DNA of 64,000 bases, taken from a bacterium. Its GTDB lineage: Bacteria > Bacteroidota > Bacteroidia > Bacteroidales > UBA932. The position numbers and the translations under genes were made by a program. Below the pieces are notes generated by a model that searched no databases, had not been told where the DNA came from, and saw nothing but the letters and a program-made list of their open reading frames with translations. Position 1 is the first letter of the stretch. Each line of letters opens with the position of its first letter. Shown one piece after another: positions 1 through 9,934 of this stretch. The stretch covers positions 391 through 64,390 of the forward strand of contig CAVGCT010000019.1 in assembly GCA_963627885.1 (NCBI GenBank), given 5' to 3'.

Positions 1-20
1 TGACGGGAAAGGAGAGAAAA

Positions 21-596
21 ATGCAAGAAACGAGGGACAAGGCGTCGATAATGCAGATAATCATGGTGTTCGCCAAGATAGGCGCCTTCACCATAGGCGG
101 AGGCTATGCCATGATCCCGCTGATAGAGGCCGAAGTGGTGAGAAGGGGCTGGGTGGACGAAAAGGAATTCCCCGACATAGTCGCCCTCTCGCAGTCCGCG
201 CCGGGCATAATGGCGGTCAACATGTCCATCTTCACCGGCCACAAGCTGCACGGAACCAAAGGCAGCGTGGCGGCCGCATTCGGGACTGTCCTGCCCTCTT
301 TCGTCATCATTCTGCTGATCGCCATGTTTCTGTCCAACTTTCAAGACAACCCGGTGGTGGTCAGGATCTTCAACGGGATCCGCCCCGTGGTGGTGTCGCT
401 GATAGCCGCCCCTACAGTGAAAATGGCGCGGAAAAGCAACACCAGATGGTGGGCATGGGCCCTGACGATAGGCGCGCTACTGCTGGTGGCGTTCCTCAAT
501 GTGTCGCCGATATGGATCCTGCTGGTTGTCATAGTGACGGCCTGCGCGGCGGTGACTCTGAAGGAAAGGGCTCAGAAAAACAAGATGGAGAAATAG
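21..596 (+). CDS. chromate transporter (CHR) family protein, half-size, first of a pair
   Basis: 191-aa hydrophobic ORF with the FTIGGGYAMIPLIE motif typical of CHR/ChrA proteins. A second half-size paralog starts 4 nt after its stop. Confidence 0.8.
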   Translation: MQETRDKASIMQIIMVFAKIGAFTIGGGYAMIPLIEAEVVRRGWVDEKEFPDIVALSQSAPGIMAVNMSIFTGHKLHGTKGSVAAAFGTVLPSFVIILLIAMFLSNFQDNPVVVRIFNGIRPVVVSLIAAPTVKMARKSNTRWWAWALTIGALLLVAFLNVSPIWILLVVIVTACAAVTLKERAQKNKMEK

Positions 597-599
597 GAG

Positions 600-1214
600 A
601 TGGATACGGTTCTGATTTTCGCACAGCTGTTTTCGACTTTCTTCATAATCGGACTCTTCACCATAGGCGGAGGCTATGCCATGCTGTCCCTGATACAGGC
701 TCAGGTGGTGACCGCCCACGCATGGATGACCGAAAGCGAGTTCACCAACATAGTGGCCATATCGCAGATGACCCCCGGGCCGATCGGCATCAACTGCTCC
801 ACTTTCGTGGGCTATGAGGTGCTGAAAAACGCCGGCGCAAGCCATTTTATAAGCATTCTGGGCTCGGCCGTGTCCACCTTCGCCTGCGTACTGCCCTCGT
901 TCATGATAGTGCTCATGATAGTGAAGTTCTATGAAAAAGTGACCGGGAACCCGCTGTTCGAGGGGGTAATGGGCTGTCTAAGGCCCGTGGTCGCCGGACT
1001 CATAGGCGCCGCGGCCCTGATACTCATATTCAATGTGAACTGGAGCGGGCTTCCGCTTTTCAGCACGCCGCAGGTCAGCGTGATCAGGGACAACTTCATA
1101 GACTGGAAAAGCTGGGCGCTGTTCGGAGCCGCCATGGTGGCTTCGCTCGGCTTCAAGCTGAACCCGATTCTCATAATAATAGGAGGGGGTATTGCCGGAC
1201 TTTTACTATATTGA
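600..1214 (+). CDS. chromate transporter (CHR) family protein, half-size, second of a pair
   Basis: 204-aa hydrophobic ORF with FTIGGGYAMLSLIQ motif, paralogous to the preceding ORF. Confidence 0.8.
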   Translation: MDTVLIFAQLFSTFFIIGLFTIGGGYAMLSLIQAQVVTAHAWMTESEFTNIVAISQMTPGPIGINCSTFVGYEVLKNAGASHFISILGSAVSTFACVLPSFMIVLMIVKFYEKVTGNPLFEGVMGCLRPVVAGLIGAAALILIFNVNWSGLPLFSTPQVSVIRDNFIDWKSWALFGAAMVASLGFKLNPILIIIGGGIAGLLLY

Positions 1215-1226
1215 CAACAATATCAA

Positions 1227-1952
1227 ATGGTTATGAAAAACATATTATTCAAGACTATGTGCTGTGCATTTGCTGCCGCCGCCGTGGCGGGTTGCGGAAA
1301 CAACAAGAAGACTGAAGATCCCGCCGCAGTCGCCGCCAGAGAGCAGGCTGTGAAGGACTCCCTGTGGCAAGTTGAATTCGAGAAAAAGTCCAAGGACGCC
1401 GACAAGCTGATCCCCCTCCTCCCCGAGGAGCCCGTGTTCGACATCAACACCAGTCTGGGAACCATCAAGGTGAAGCTCTACAGCAAGACTCCCGGCCACC
1501 GCGCCAACTTCGAGAAGCTCGCGCTTTCGGGCTATTATGACGGCCTGCTGTTCCACAGGGTGATCAACGGATTTATGATTCAGGGCGGAGACCCCAACAC
1601 CAGAGACACCTCCAAGGTGGCCGAATATGGCAAGGGCGGTCCTGGATACACCATCCCCGCCGAGTTTGTGCCCGAGTACAAGCATAAGAAAGGCGCTCTG
1701 GCCGCTGCCAGAAGGGGCGGTGCCGCCAACCCCGAAAAAGAGTCTTCCGGATCGCAGTTCTATATCGTGCAGGACGCCGGCTCATGCGCCCAGCTCGACG
1801 GTGACTACACCGTGTTCGGCGAGACCGTGGAAGGTCTCGATGTGGTGGACAAGATCGCGGCCGTACCCACCGGAGCCAAGGATCTTCCGGTGAATTCCGT
1901 GAGAATCATCAGCGTGACTCTAGACGAGACATCAAAACCCTCTGCCGAATAA
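1227..1952 (+). CDS. cyclophilin-type peptidyl-prolyl cis-trans isomerase, probable lipoprotein
   Basis: 241 aa. Signal peptide ends in AAAVAGC (lipobox-like). Cyclophilin core FHRVINGFMIQGGDP ... GSQFYIV ... YTVFGETVEG. Confidence 0.85.
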   Translation: MVMKNILFKTMCCAFAAAAVAGCGNNKKTEDPAAVAAREQAVKDSLWQVEFEKKSKDADKLIPLLPEEPVFDINTSLGTIKVKLYSKTPGHRANFEKLALSGYYDGLLFHRVINGFMIQGGDPNTRDTSKVAEYGKGGPGYTIPAEFVPEYKHKKGALAAARRGGAANPEKESSGSQFYIVQDAGSCAQLDGDYTVFGETVEGLDVVDKIAAVPTGAKDLPVNSVRIISVTLDETSKPSAE

Positions 1953-1987
1953 TTGACGGGAACGAGACATCCGCATAGACGAAGAAT

Positions 1988-3775
1988 ATGAAGCATATAA
2001 GGAATTTCTGCATAATCGCCCATATCGACCACGGGAAAAGCACCCTCGCCGACAGGCTTCTGGAACTGACCGAAACGCTGGCCGAAAGGGAGAAAGGCAA
2101 TCAGGTGCTGGACGACATGGATCTTGAGAAGGAAAAAGGCATCACGATCAAGAGCCATGCGATCCAGATGGAGCATGTCTATAAAGGAGAGAAATATCTT
2201 CTCAACCTGATCGACACTCCCGGCCATGTGGACTTTTCTTATGAAGTTTCACGCTCCATCGCCTCATGCGAGGGCGCGATTCTCGTGGTGGACGCCACCC
2301 AGGGCGTTCAGGCACAGACCATATCCAATCTCTACCAGGCCATAGACCATGGGCTGGAGATAATCCCGGTGCTGAACAAGATCGACATGGACTCCGCCAG
2401 ACCCGACGTGGTGGCCGACGAGGTGTGCGACCTGCTGGGATGCAAGCCCGAGGACGTATATCGCGTGTCCGCAAGGACAGGAGAGGGTGTGGCTCCGCTG
2501 CTGGACGCGATAGTGGAGAAGATACCCGCCCCGGACGGAGACCCGGACGCCCCTCTGCAGGCTCTGATCTTCGACTCGGTGTTCAACTCGTTCCGCGGAG
2601 TGATAGCCTACTTCAAAGTGAAGAACGGATCCATCCGCAAGGGGGACCATGTGAAGTTCTTCAGCACGGGTCAGGAGTATACCGCCGACGAAGTGGGCGT
2701 CCTGAAAATGAAGCTCACCCCCACCGAACAGGTCTCATGCGGAGACGTGGGCTATATAATATCGGGCATCAAGAGCGCGGTGGAAGTGAAGGTGGGCGAC
2801 ACCATAACCCATGTGGAAAGGCCCTGCGCCGAAGCCATCGCCGGATTCGAGGAAGTGAAGCCCATGGTTTTCGCCGGAATGTATCCGGTGGACGCGTCCA
2901 AATTCGAAGAGTTGCGCTCGGTTCTGGAGAAGTTCCAGCTCAACGACGCCTCATTTGTCTATGAGCCCGAGTCCTCGCTGGCTCTGGGTTCCGGATTCCG
3001 CTGCGGATTTTTGGGACTGCTGCATCTGGAGATAGTCCAGGAAAGGCTCTTCAGAGAGTTCAACATGGATGTGATCACCACCGTTCCGAACGTGTCCTAC
3101 AAGGTATTCACCACCCAGGGCGACGTGCTGGAGGTGCACAATCCTTCCGGAATGCCGGCCCCGACCCTCATCGACCACATCGAGGAGCCCTGCATCAGGG
3201 CGCAGATAATCTTCAAATCGGACTTTTTCGGGCCCATAATGAAGCTCTGTCTGGACAGGAGGGGCACCCTGATCGGCCAGCACTTCATCACTGCGGACAG
3301 AGTGGAGCTGAACTATGACATGCCCCTCTCTGAGATAGTGTTCGGCTTCTATGACAACCTCAAGACCATCTCCAAGGGCTATGCATCGTTCGACTATCAT
3401 GTCACCGGCTACAAGCCGGCCAGGCTGGTGAGGCTGGACATACTCCTGAACGGAGAGCCGGCCGACGCCCTGTCCACCCTCATCCATGAGGACAACGCCT
3501 ATGACTTCGGACGCAGGATGTGCCTGAAGCTCAAGGACCTGATCCCCAGGCAGCAGTTCGACATCCCGATCCAGGCGGCCATAGGCGCGAAGATCATCGC
3601 CCGTGAGACGGTGAAGCAGGTGCGCAAGGACGTGACCGCCAAGTGCTACGGAGGCGACATCACCCGAAAGAGAAAACTGCTGGAGAAACAGAAGGAGGGC
3701 AAGAAGCGCATGAGACAGATCGGAACCGTGCAGGTCCCGCAGAGCGCGTTCATGGCCGTTCTGAAACTTGAGTAA
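1988..3775 (+). CDS. lepA: translation elongation factor 4 (LepA)
   Basis: 595 aa. GTPase motifs [22 protein letters not shown]. LepA-specific C-terminal region ([22 protein letters not shown]). Confidence 0.97.
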   Translation: MKHIRNFCIIAHIDHGKSTLADRLLELTETLAEREKGNQVLDDMDLEKEKGITIKSHAIQMEHVYKGEKYLLNLIDTPGHVDFSYEVSRSIASCEGAILVVDATQGVQAQTISNLYQAIDHGLEIIPVLNKIDMDSARPDVVADEVCDLLGCKPEDVYRVSARTGEGVAPLLDAIVEKIPAPDGDPDAPLQALIFDSVFNSFRGVIAYFKVKNGSIRKGDHVKFFSTGQEYTADEVGVLKMKLTPTEQVSCGDVGYIISGIKSAVEVKVGDTITHVERPCAEAIAGFEEVKPMVFAGMYPVDASKFEELRSVLEKFQLNDASFVYEPESSLALGSGFRCGFLGLLHLEIVQERLFREFNMDVITTVPNVSYKVFTTQGDVLEVHNPSGMPAPTLIDHIEEPCIRAQIIFKSDFFGPIMKLCLDRRGTLIGQHFITADRVELNYDMPLSEIVFGFYDNLKTISKGYASFDYHVTGYKPARLVRLDILLNGEPADALSTLIHEDNAYDFGRRMCLKLKDLIPRQQFDIPIQAAIGAKIIARETVKQVRKDVTAKCYGGDITRKRKLLEKQKEGKKRMRQIGTVQVPQSAFMAVLKLE

Positions 3776-4640
3776 TCCCATGGATCAGAAGACCGTCGCC
3801 ATACTGATGACAGCCCATGACAGGAAGGAGAAGACTCTCGCCTGCCTGATGGAGTGTTACCGCCAGATCGATGAGATGAAAGGGGCGGAGAGCTTCGTCT
3901 TCGACATCTTTCTGGTGGATGACGGAAGCACCGACGGGACGGCGGAAGCCGTGAGCGGGAGATTTCCGCAGGTCTTTCTCATCCCCGGAGGCGGAAATCT
4001 GTTCTGGAATCAGGGCATGAGACTCGCATGGGACAGAGCCGCGCAGAACCGCGACTATGACTACTACCTGTGGCTGAACGATGACGTCATCCTCAAGGAC
4101 GGCGCGATGGCTACAATTCTCGAGACCTCCGGCTTTCTGGCAGACAAGGCCATAATCACCGGAACAGCGGAAGACTCCGCCGGGCTCCTGAGTTATGGAG
4201 GCCGGACCAAATCGCTCAGGATCATACGGCCGGACGACACGATCCCCGTGCCGTGCTTCTGCTTCAACGGCAATCTGGTGCTGGTGCCGCGGCATGTGTT
4301 CAAAGCCGTCGGCAACCTTGAGCCGCGCTATCACCACAGTTTCGGGGACTATGACTATGGCATCAGGGCCGCCGCGCACGGAATCAGCAGCGTGGTATGC
4401 CCGGGGATATTGTGCGTATGCGACAGAAACTGCGGGATTCCCAAATGGAGGGACTCGAGATATTCCCTGAAGGAGAGATACCGTTTCCTCTTTTCGCCTA
4501 AGGGCCGTCCGCCGAGAGAGCAGTTTCTCTTCGACACCCGTCTCATGGGATTCACGCGCGCGGTACTTCACATGATCTCGCTGAACATAAAGGTGATTTT
4601 CCCGAAAAGGCTTCAAAAAACAGAAAAATCTTCAAAATGA
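3768..4640 (+). CDS. family 2 glycosyltransferase
   Basis: 290 aa. GT-A N-terminus (AILMTAHDR...), DDGSTDGT and LNDDV (DxD-like) motifs. Alternative ATG at 3780. Its stop overlaps the menA start (ATGA). Confidence 0.7.
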   Translation: MSNPMDQKTVAILMTAHDRKEKTLACLMECYRQIDEMKGAESFVFDIFLVDDGSTDGTAEAVSGRFPQVFLIPGGGNLFWNQGMRLAWDRAAQNRDYDYYLWLNDDVILKDGAMATILETSGFLADKAIITGTAEDSAGLLSYGGRTKSLRIIRPDDTIPVPCFCFNGNLVLVPRHVFKAVGNLEPRYHHSFGDYDYGIRAAAHGISSVVCPGILCVCDRNCGIPKWRDSRYSLKERYRFLFSPKGRPPREQFLFDTRLMGFTRAVLHMISLNIKVIFPKRLQKTEKSSK

Positions 4641-5551
4641 GAAAATTCAAGTCCGCCATACGCTCCCTGCGTCTGCGCACTCTTCCCCTTTCCCTGGCCG
4701 GAGTGTGCCTGGGAATGCTTCTGGCAGCATCCGACTTCAAAGTGTCCCCTGCGGTGTGTGTCCTTGTGATGCTCACCACCGTGTCCCTGCAGATACTCTC
4801 CAACCTTTCCAACGAGCTGGGTGACGTCCAGAGCGGCACGGACACCGAAGACAGGGTCGGATTCATGGGAGGCCTCGACACCGGCGAACTGAGCATAAGC
4901 GACATGAAGAAAATGATCGGAGGGGCCATGGTCGCATGTATAGTATTCGGGCTGTGGATGATCCACGAGTCCTACGGGACCCTCTTCAGTCTGGAATCCA
5001 TCTGCCTGATGATGCTGGGCGCCGCGGCGATGGCCGGCGCGATGAAATACACCCTGGGGCGCAATCCCTATGGCTACCGGGGACTCGGAGACATTTTCGT
5101 ATTCATCTTTTTCGGACTCACCTCCGTGCTCGGTGCCTATTTCGTGGTGGCCCACACCATTCCCACATGGTGGCTGCTCCTGCCGGCCTGCGCAATAGGT
5201 CTTTTCAGCGTCGCCGTCCTGAATGTCAACAACATACGCGACATGAAGACCGACGCGGCCACAAGAGTCACAGTGGCCATAAAGCTGGGCGTCCACTGGG
5301 CCAGAGTCTATCAGACCGCTCTCATAGTCCTTGGCTGGGCATGCATGACAGCTTTCTGCTTCGCCCGATTTTTCGATCCATGGCATTACCTCTATTTCAT
5401 CACTCTCCCGCTCTACATCGTGCATCTGTGGGGAGTATGGAAAAAGGAGGGACGCGATCTTGACAAGATGCTGCCCCTCCTTGTGATGGCTACTTTCGCT
5501 CTTGCGCTGCTGGCCGGATTCGGCTTCGTGGCCTTCCTCCTTTTCCGGTAG
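4637..5551 (+). CDS. menA: 1,4-dihydroxy-2-naphthoate polyprenyltransferase (UbiA superfamily)
   Basis: 304 aa, multi-TM. Asp-rich motifs NELGDVQSGTD and NNIRDMKTD resemble the MenA NDxxD/NNxRD motifs. Confidence 0.8.
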   Translation: MRKFKSAIRSLRLRTLPLSLAGVCLGMLLAASDFKVSPAVCVLVMLTTVSLQILSNLSNELGDVQSGTDTEDRVGFMGGLDTGELSISDMKKMIGGAMVACIVFGLWMIHESYGTLFSLESICLMMLGAAAMAGAMKYTLGRNPYGYRGLGDIFVFIFFGLTSVLGAYFVVAHTIPTWWLLLPACAIGLFSVAVLNVNNIRDMKTDAATRVTVAIKLGVHWARVYQTALIVLGWACMTAFCFARFFDPWHYLYFITLPLYIVHLWGVWKKEGRDLDKMLPLLVMATFALALLAGFGFVAFLLFR

Positions 5552-5567
5552 CAAGCGTCATTTCAGA

Positions 5568-7577
5568 TCATTTGAGACCGCGCGCCTTGAGCAGGGCGTC
5601 GGGATCGGGCTGTGCGCCGCGGAACTGCTCATATAGAGCCATGTCGGTGTCCCAGCCTCCCTTTTCCATGAGAATGTGGCGGAACTTGTAGGCCATGTCC
5701 GGGTTGTAGATTCCGTTCTGCTCGAAATAGGCGAACGCATCTTCAGCTATCACCCTGGTCCACAGGTAGCTGTAATATCCGGCGCTGTATCCGTCCCCGT
5801 CGAAGATGTGGGCGAAATAGGTCATCCTGTAGCGGGGAATCATCTCTCCGAGCAGGCCCATGTCTTCGCAGATCTTCTTCTCATAGGCCATAAGATCAAG
5901 ATTCTCAAGCTCGTCAAGGCTCAGTTCGTGAAGTTTCATGTCAAGTGTTCCCGCGGCACAGTTCTCGCCGGTGAGGAATCCCTGATTGAAACGGAGCGAC
6001 TTTTGGATTTTCGCCACAAGCTCGGCGGGGATGGGATCTCCGGTCTCGTGATGCACCGCATAATGCGGGAGAATCTCCGGCTGGAAAGCCCAGTGCTCGT
6101 TGAACTGGGAGAACACCTCGGCCATCTCGCTTCTGCCGGCGCCGCCCTTGTAGGTGCTGCGGGTAAAGAAGGAATTGAGGGCATGGCCGAACTCATGGAA
6201 ATCGGTGATGACGTCATCCACGGTGAGGAGGCACTCGCCGTCGGCCGAGCGCACGAAGTTGCAGACATTTCCGACTATGGGGAGGACAAGATTGCCGTTC
6301 GCGTCGGTGTAGCGGCCGCCGAGGGAGCTGCACCATGCTCCGGGGCCCTTGGATGCCCTGGCGATGTAGTCGGTGTAGAAGAGAGCTGTCTCGGATCCGT
6401 CGGTGTCGATTATCCGGAAGGTTTCCACCTCGGGGTTATAGAGGGGCAGGCCCTCCACCTTCTCGGCGCTGATGCCATAGACCTTGCCGGCGGCATAGAA
6501 CAGACCCTCCCGGACCTTGCTCACCTCGAAATAGGGCTTGGTCTCGGCGTCGGTAATGTCGCACTCCTGGGCCTTGAGCCTGTCGGCATAGTAGAACCAG
6601 TCCCACGGCTCTATTCTGGAGCCAGCAGGCACCTTGCCTTCGGCGATGTCCTTGTCCATTATCTTCTGCATGGCCGTCACGTCCTTGGCGGCCGACTTCA
6701 TAGCGGCGTCAATGACCTTCTTCTGGAAAGCGTCCACAGTTTCGGGATTGCCGGGCATGGAACCGTCAAGCCGGTAGGCGGCCCAGTTGGGGAATCCCAT
6801 CAGAGCGGCCTTGCGGGCGCGCAGGCGGAGAATGTCGAGGATGACGGCCTTGTTGTCATAGGAATCGTCATGGTTGCACCTTGTGGAATAGGCGTTGAAA
6901 AGCCTCTCGCGGAGCGCCCTGTCTGGATTGGAGGTCATCTCGGCGGTGTAGCCGGATACAGGAATCCCGAACTCCTTCTGGAAGTTCTCGTTCTCGGCAA
7001 GCAGGTTGTTGGAGAACTTCTGGGTGAGCAGAGACAGACGGGCATTGATCTCCTTGAGAGCGGCCTGGCCTTCGGCGTCAAGATTGATTCCGTTGCGGGT
7101 GAACGAGCGGTAGAGGCCGTCTATGATCATCTGCTGTTCGCGGGTATATGCGCTCTGGTCGGCGTCGTGAAGAGCCTTGACTCTCTCGAAGAGTCCGGCG
7201 TTCATGTAGATTTCGGTATTGTGGGCGGAAAGCAGCGGAGAGGCTTCCTCGTTGATTTTGCGCAGCCGGTCATCGGCATCGGTCCCTGAAACATTGTTCA
7301 GGACCCTGTTCACCTTGCTGAGAAGTTCACCGCTGTTCCGGAGAGCCAGGACGGTGTTCTCGAACGTGGGCTCGGCGGGATCGGCCACAATCGCGGCTAT
7401 GGCCTCGTTCTGCTCCTTGATTCCCTCCTTCACTGCCGGCAGATAGTCGGCATAGGTGATCTTGTCGAACGGAGGCATCCCATAGGGAGTGTTCCACTCC
7501 TGCTCGAAGATGTTCTGTTTGCCGCCGCAGGCCGAAAGGGCCATAACCGACAGCGAAATTGCTAGAAACTTTTTCAT
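5568..7577 (-). CDS. dcp: M3-family peptidyl-dipeptidase (Dcp-like), lipoprotein
   Basis: 669 aa from the internal ATG at 7577 (MKKFLAISLSVMALSAC signal/lipobox). HEFGHALN zinc motif. The 830-aa track ORF has a 161-aa Arg/Gly-rich extension that overlaps the upstream gene. Confidence 0.85.
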   Translation of the reverse strand: MKKFLAISLSVMALSACGGKQNIFEQEWNTPYGMPPFDKITYADYLPAVKEGIKEQNEAIAAIVADPAEPTFENTVLALRNSGELLSKVNRVLNNVSGTDADDRLRKINEEASPLLSAHNTEIYMNAGLFERVKALHDADQSAYTREQQMIIDGLYRSFTRNGINLDAEGQAALKEINARLSLLTQKFSNNLLAENENFQKEFGIPVSGYTAEMTSNPDRALRERLFNAYSTRCNHDDSYDNKAVILDILRLRARKAALMGFPNWAAYRLDGSMPGNPETVDAFQKKVIDAAMKSAAKDVTAMQKIMDKDIAEGKVPAGSRIEPWDWFYYADRLKAQECDITDAETKPYFEVSKVREGLFYAAGKVYGISAEKVEGLPLYNPEVETFRIIDTDGSETALFYTDYIARASKGPGAWCSSLGGRYTDANGNLVLPIVGNVCNFVRSADGECLLTVDDVITDFHEFGHALNSFFTRSTYKGGAGRSEMAEVFSQFNEHWAFQPEILPHYAVHHETGDPIPAELVAKIQKSLRFNQGFLTGENCAAGTLDMKLHELSLDELENLDLMAYEKKICEDMGLLGEMIPRYRMTYFAHIFDGDGYSAGYYSYLWTRVIAEDAFAYFEQNGIYNPDMAYKFRHILMEKGGWDTDMALYEQFRGAQPDPDALLKARGLK

Positions 7578-8857
7578 ATGGTTTGTGGTTTGGTGATTTC
7601 CTCCCAGACATAGACTTTGTCTCCGCGGTGCAGCCGCGCGTCCTGAGGCCCGTTCACTACATTTCCGCTCAGCGCCACGGAACAGAGCTCGCCTTTTTCG
7701 GCTCTTGCGGCCGGTTTCAGATCCACCCGGATCTCCGCCGCGTCGAACTCCACCACCCCGGTAGTGGATCCTATGGCCATAAGCCGCGCGCCGGACGGGA
7801 CCGGAGCGGCCTCGACCGTGATTTCGGCCACATGGATCCTGTCGAACCAGTTCGTGACCTTGCCGCAATAGACCTTGCGGCGGGTGGCCTGACTGCCATA
7901 GACATTGCTCCATTCTCCCAGCTTCGCGCCCATATAGTAGCCGTCCCAGAATCCGCGGTTGAATACCTCGGCGAGCGAAGCCTTGAGCCCGGCTGTCAGT
8001 TCCGGGGTGTAGGAGCCGTCGCACACGGCGTCCGCAGCGGCCCGATAGCACTGCACGCAACGCTTCACATATTCGGCCGATCTGGCGCGACCCTCGATCT
8101 TGAAGACTTTCACCCCGGCGTCTATGAACCTGTCCATAAACTCGATGGTGCAGAGGTCTTTGGGCGACATTATGTATTTGTTGTCTATGTGCAGCTGATT
8201 TCCGGTCTCCAGGTCAGTGACCTCATAGCCGCGGCGGCATATCTGGAAGCACGCTCCCCTGTTGGCCGACGCGCCCTCGGCGTGGAGGCTGAGGTAGCAT
8301 TTCCCCGAAATGGCCATGCAGAAGGCTCCGTGGGCGAACATTTCGATCCTTACCGGCTTTCCGCACGGCCCCTTCAGGCCTTCGGCCACCATCTGTTTGT
8401 GGATCCGCTTGACCTGCTCCAGACTGAGCTCGCGGGCAAGCACCACCACATCGGCGAATCCGGAATAGAACTTGAGCGCCTCGTAGTTGGATATGCTCAG
8501 CTGTGTGGATATATGGACTTCCATGCCTATCTGCCGGCAGTACATGATCACGGCCATGTCCGATGCGATCACCGCATCCACACCGGCCGCCTTGGCGGCG
8601 TCCAGCGCCTCATGCGCAGGGGAGATATCTTCCCCATAGAGGATGATGTTCAGGGTCATATAGGCCCTGGCCCCCTTTTCGCGGCACAGCCGCACTATTT
8701 CAGGAAGATCCTCCGGGGTGAAATTGTTGGCGGAACGGGACCTCATGTTCAGCCGGCCCACACCGAAATAGACCGAATCGGCGCCGGCATCCAGAGCGGC
8801 TCGCAAACATTCGAAATTCCCGGCCGGAGCCATTATTTCCAGTTCCTTCTTGTCCAT
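7574..8857 (-). CDS. peptidase U32 family protein (PrtC-type; probable Fe-S enzyme)
   Basis: 427 aa. U32 N-terminus (MAPAGNFECLRAALDAGADSVYFG). Cys motif C180-x6-C187-x15-C203-x3-C207. Its stop overlaps the dcp start (ATGA). Confidence 0.85.
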   Translation of the reverse strand: MDKKELEIMAPAGNFECLRAALDAGADSVYFGVGRLNMRSRSANNFTPEDLPEIVRLCREKGARAYMTLNIILYGEDISPAHEALDAAKAAGVDAVIASDMAVIMYCRQIGMEVHISTQLSISNYEALKFYSGFADVVVLARELSLEQVKRIHKQMVAEGLKGPCGKPVRIEMFAHGAFCMAISGKCYLSLHAEGASANRGACFQICRRGYEVTDLETGNQLHIDNKYIMSPKDLCTIEFMDRFIDAGVKVFKIEGRARSAEYVKRCVQCYRAAADAVCDGSYTPELTAGLKASLAEVFNRGFWDGYYMGAKLGEWSNVYGSQATRRKVYCGKVTNWFDRIHVAEITVEAAPVPSGARLMAIGSTTGVVEFDAAEIRVDLKPAARAEKGELCSVALSGNVVNGPQDARLHRGDKVYVWEEITKPQTI

Positions 8858-8860
8858 GAG

Positions 8861-9844
8861 TCAGCTTTTTCTCCCCACAAGCGACTCGGCATAGGAGGCA
8901 AGCCTCTCCAGCTTTTCTCCGGAGCAGGCCAGAGCGGCGCTTTCCAGAGCGCTGTCAGTGAGACGGACTATCTCCCTGGAGGCGGCTTCCTTCACATTGA
9001 GAATCTCGTAGAAAGTCTTCACCCTGCGGATTTTTGCGACCTTCTCCTCATCGGTGCCGGACGGCAGATCCAGGGCTTCGGAAAGCTCGGCCTTCAGGTC
9101 GGGGCCGGCATTTTCAAGGGCATAGGTGGTGAGCCAGCACTTCTTGTTGTTCAGGATGTCACCTCCGATGGGCTTGCCGAAGACTTTTTCGTCGCCATAG
9201 GCGTCCAGATAGTCATCGGCAACCTGGAAAGCCAGTCCGAGGTCATAACCATAGCGCCAGAGATTCTCGCAATCCTCGTCGGAAGCCCCTCCGATCAGGG
9301 CGCCGAGCTTGGCGGAGCAGGCTATGAGCACGCCTGTCTTGAGGCCTATCATCTTCATATACTGGGTCATGGTGACCTGCGGCACACGCTCGAAATCCAT
9401 GTCATACTGCTGCCCCTCGCACACCTCCATGGCCGTGCGGGTGAAAAGGTCCAGGGCCTTGCCGAGCACGGCGGACGGAGCCTTGGCCAAACGGCGGTAG
9501 CTGTCTATGCACATGACGTCGCCGGAGAGTATGGCAGTGTCCTCGTCCCACTTTTTCCAGACCGTGGGGGCCTTGCGGCGCAGGGGCGAGCGGTCCATTA
9601 TGTCATCGTGGATGAGCGTGAAGCTGTGGAACACCTCAAGACTGGAGGCCGGCTGGAGTATGCTGTCGTCAAAGTTGTCTTTGTATAGAGAATAGGCCAG
9701 CAGGCAGAGACGGGGACGAATGCGCTTGCCGCCTATCTCTATCATATATCGGAGCGGGCCATAGAGACCGGCGGGTTCGGCCTTGAATCCGGGAGCGGCA
9801 AAGAGCGCCTCCAGCGCCTCCTCTATCTTTTTTTCTTCAATCAT
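8861..9844 (-). CDS. polyprenyl diphosphate synthase (short/medium-chain type)
   Basis: 327 aa. First and second Asp-rich motifs LIHDDIMD and VADDYLD. Confidence 0.85.
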   Translation of the reverse strand: MIEEKKIEEALEALFAAPGFKAEPAGLYGPLRYMIEIGGKRIRPRLCLLAYSLYKDNFDDSILQPASSLEVFHSFTLIHDDIMDRSPLRRKAPTVWKKWDEDTAILSGDVMCIDSYRRLAKAPSAVLGKALDLFTRTAMEVCEGQQYDMDFERVPQVTMTQYMKMIGLKTGVLIACSAKLGALIGGASDEDCENLWRYGYDLGLAFQVADDYLDAYGDEKVFGKPIGGDILNNKKCWLTTYALENAGPDLKAELSEALDLPSGTDEEKVAKIRRVKTFYEILNVKEAASREIVRLTDSALESAALACSGEKLERLASYAESLVGRKS

Positions 9845-9901
9845 GACTCAGAAGCTGTTTTGAAATGATTCTCAAATTCAGGATATTGGAACACAGAAAA
9901 A

Positions 9902-9909
9902 CAAATATA
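9902..9909 (-). promoter_or_regulatory. -7 promoter box TATATTTG upstream of the polyprenyl synthase-U32-dcp operon
   Basis: Matches the Bacteroidota sigma-A consensus TAnnTTTG on the minus strand, about 58 nt upstream of ATG 9844. Confidence 0.45.
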
Positions 9910-9920
9910 ACAAATTTCCT

Positions 9921-9928
9921 TACCTTTG
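9921..9928 (+). promoter_or_regulatory. -7 promoter box TACCTTTG upstream of rsgA
   Basis: TAnnTTTG match. Its last G is 7 nt before ATG 9935. Confidence 0.45.
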
Positions 9929-9934
9929 TGCGTC

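Noticed and set aside
7578-8060. 161-aa N-terminal extension of the dcp ORF in the track. Analogous extensions occur for the S41 peptidase (21937-22266), smpB (47654-48064), gpmI (16109-16234), the kinase gene (36959-37036), the PG0541-like gene (54265-54366) and trmB (49537-49641).
   Set aside because: The extensions are Arg/Gly-rich or overlap the upstream gene. Internal ATGs give proper signal peptides or conserved N-termini, and in several cases sit just downstream of a TAnnTTTG box.
7559-9688. 709-aa plus-strand ORF spanning the U32 and polyprenyl synthase genes. Similar long shadows occur at 5676-7289, 13746-15164, 17833-19284, 20665-21987, 49430-50818 and 55487-57445.
   Set aside because: All lie antisense to well-supported genes, cross gene boundaries, have low-complexity Gly/Arg/His/Val composition and lack promoter boxes. 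I treat them as non-coding.
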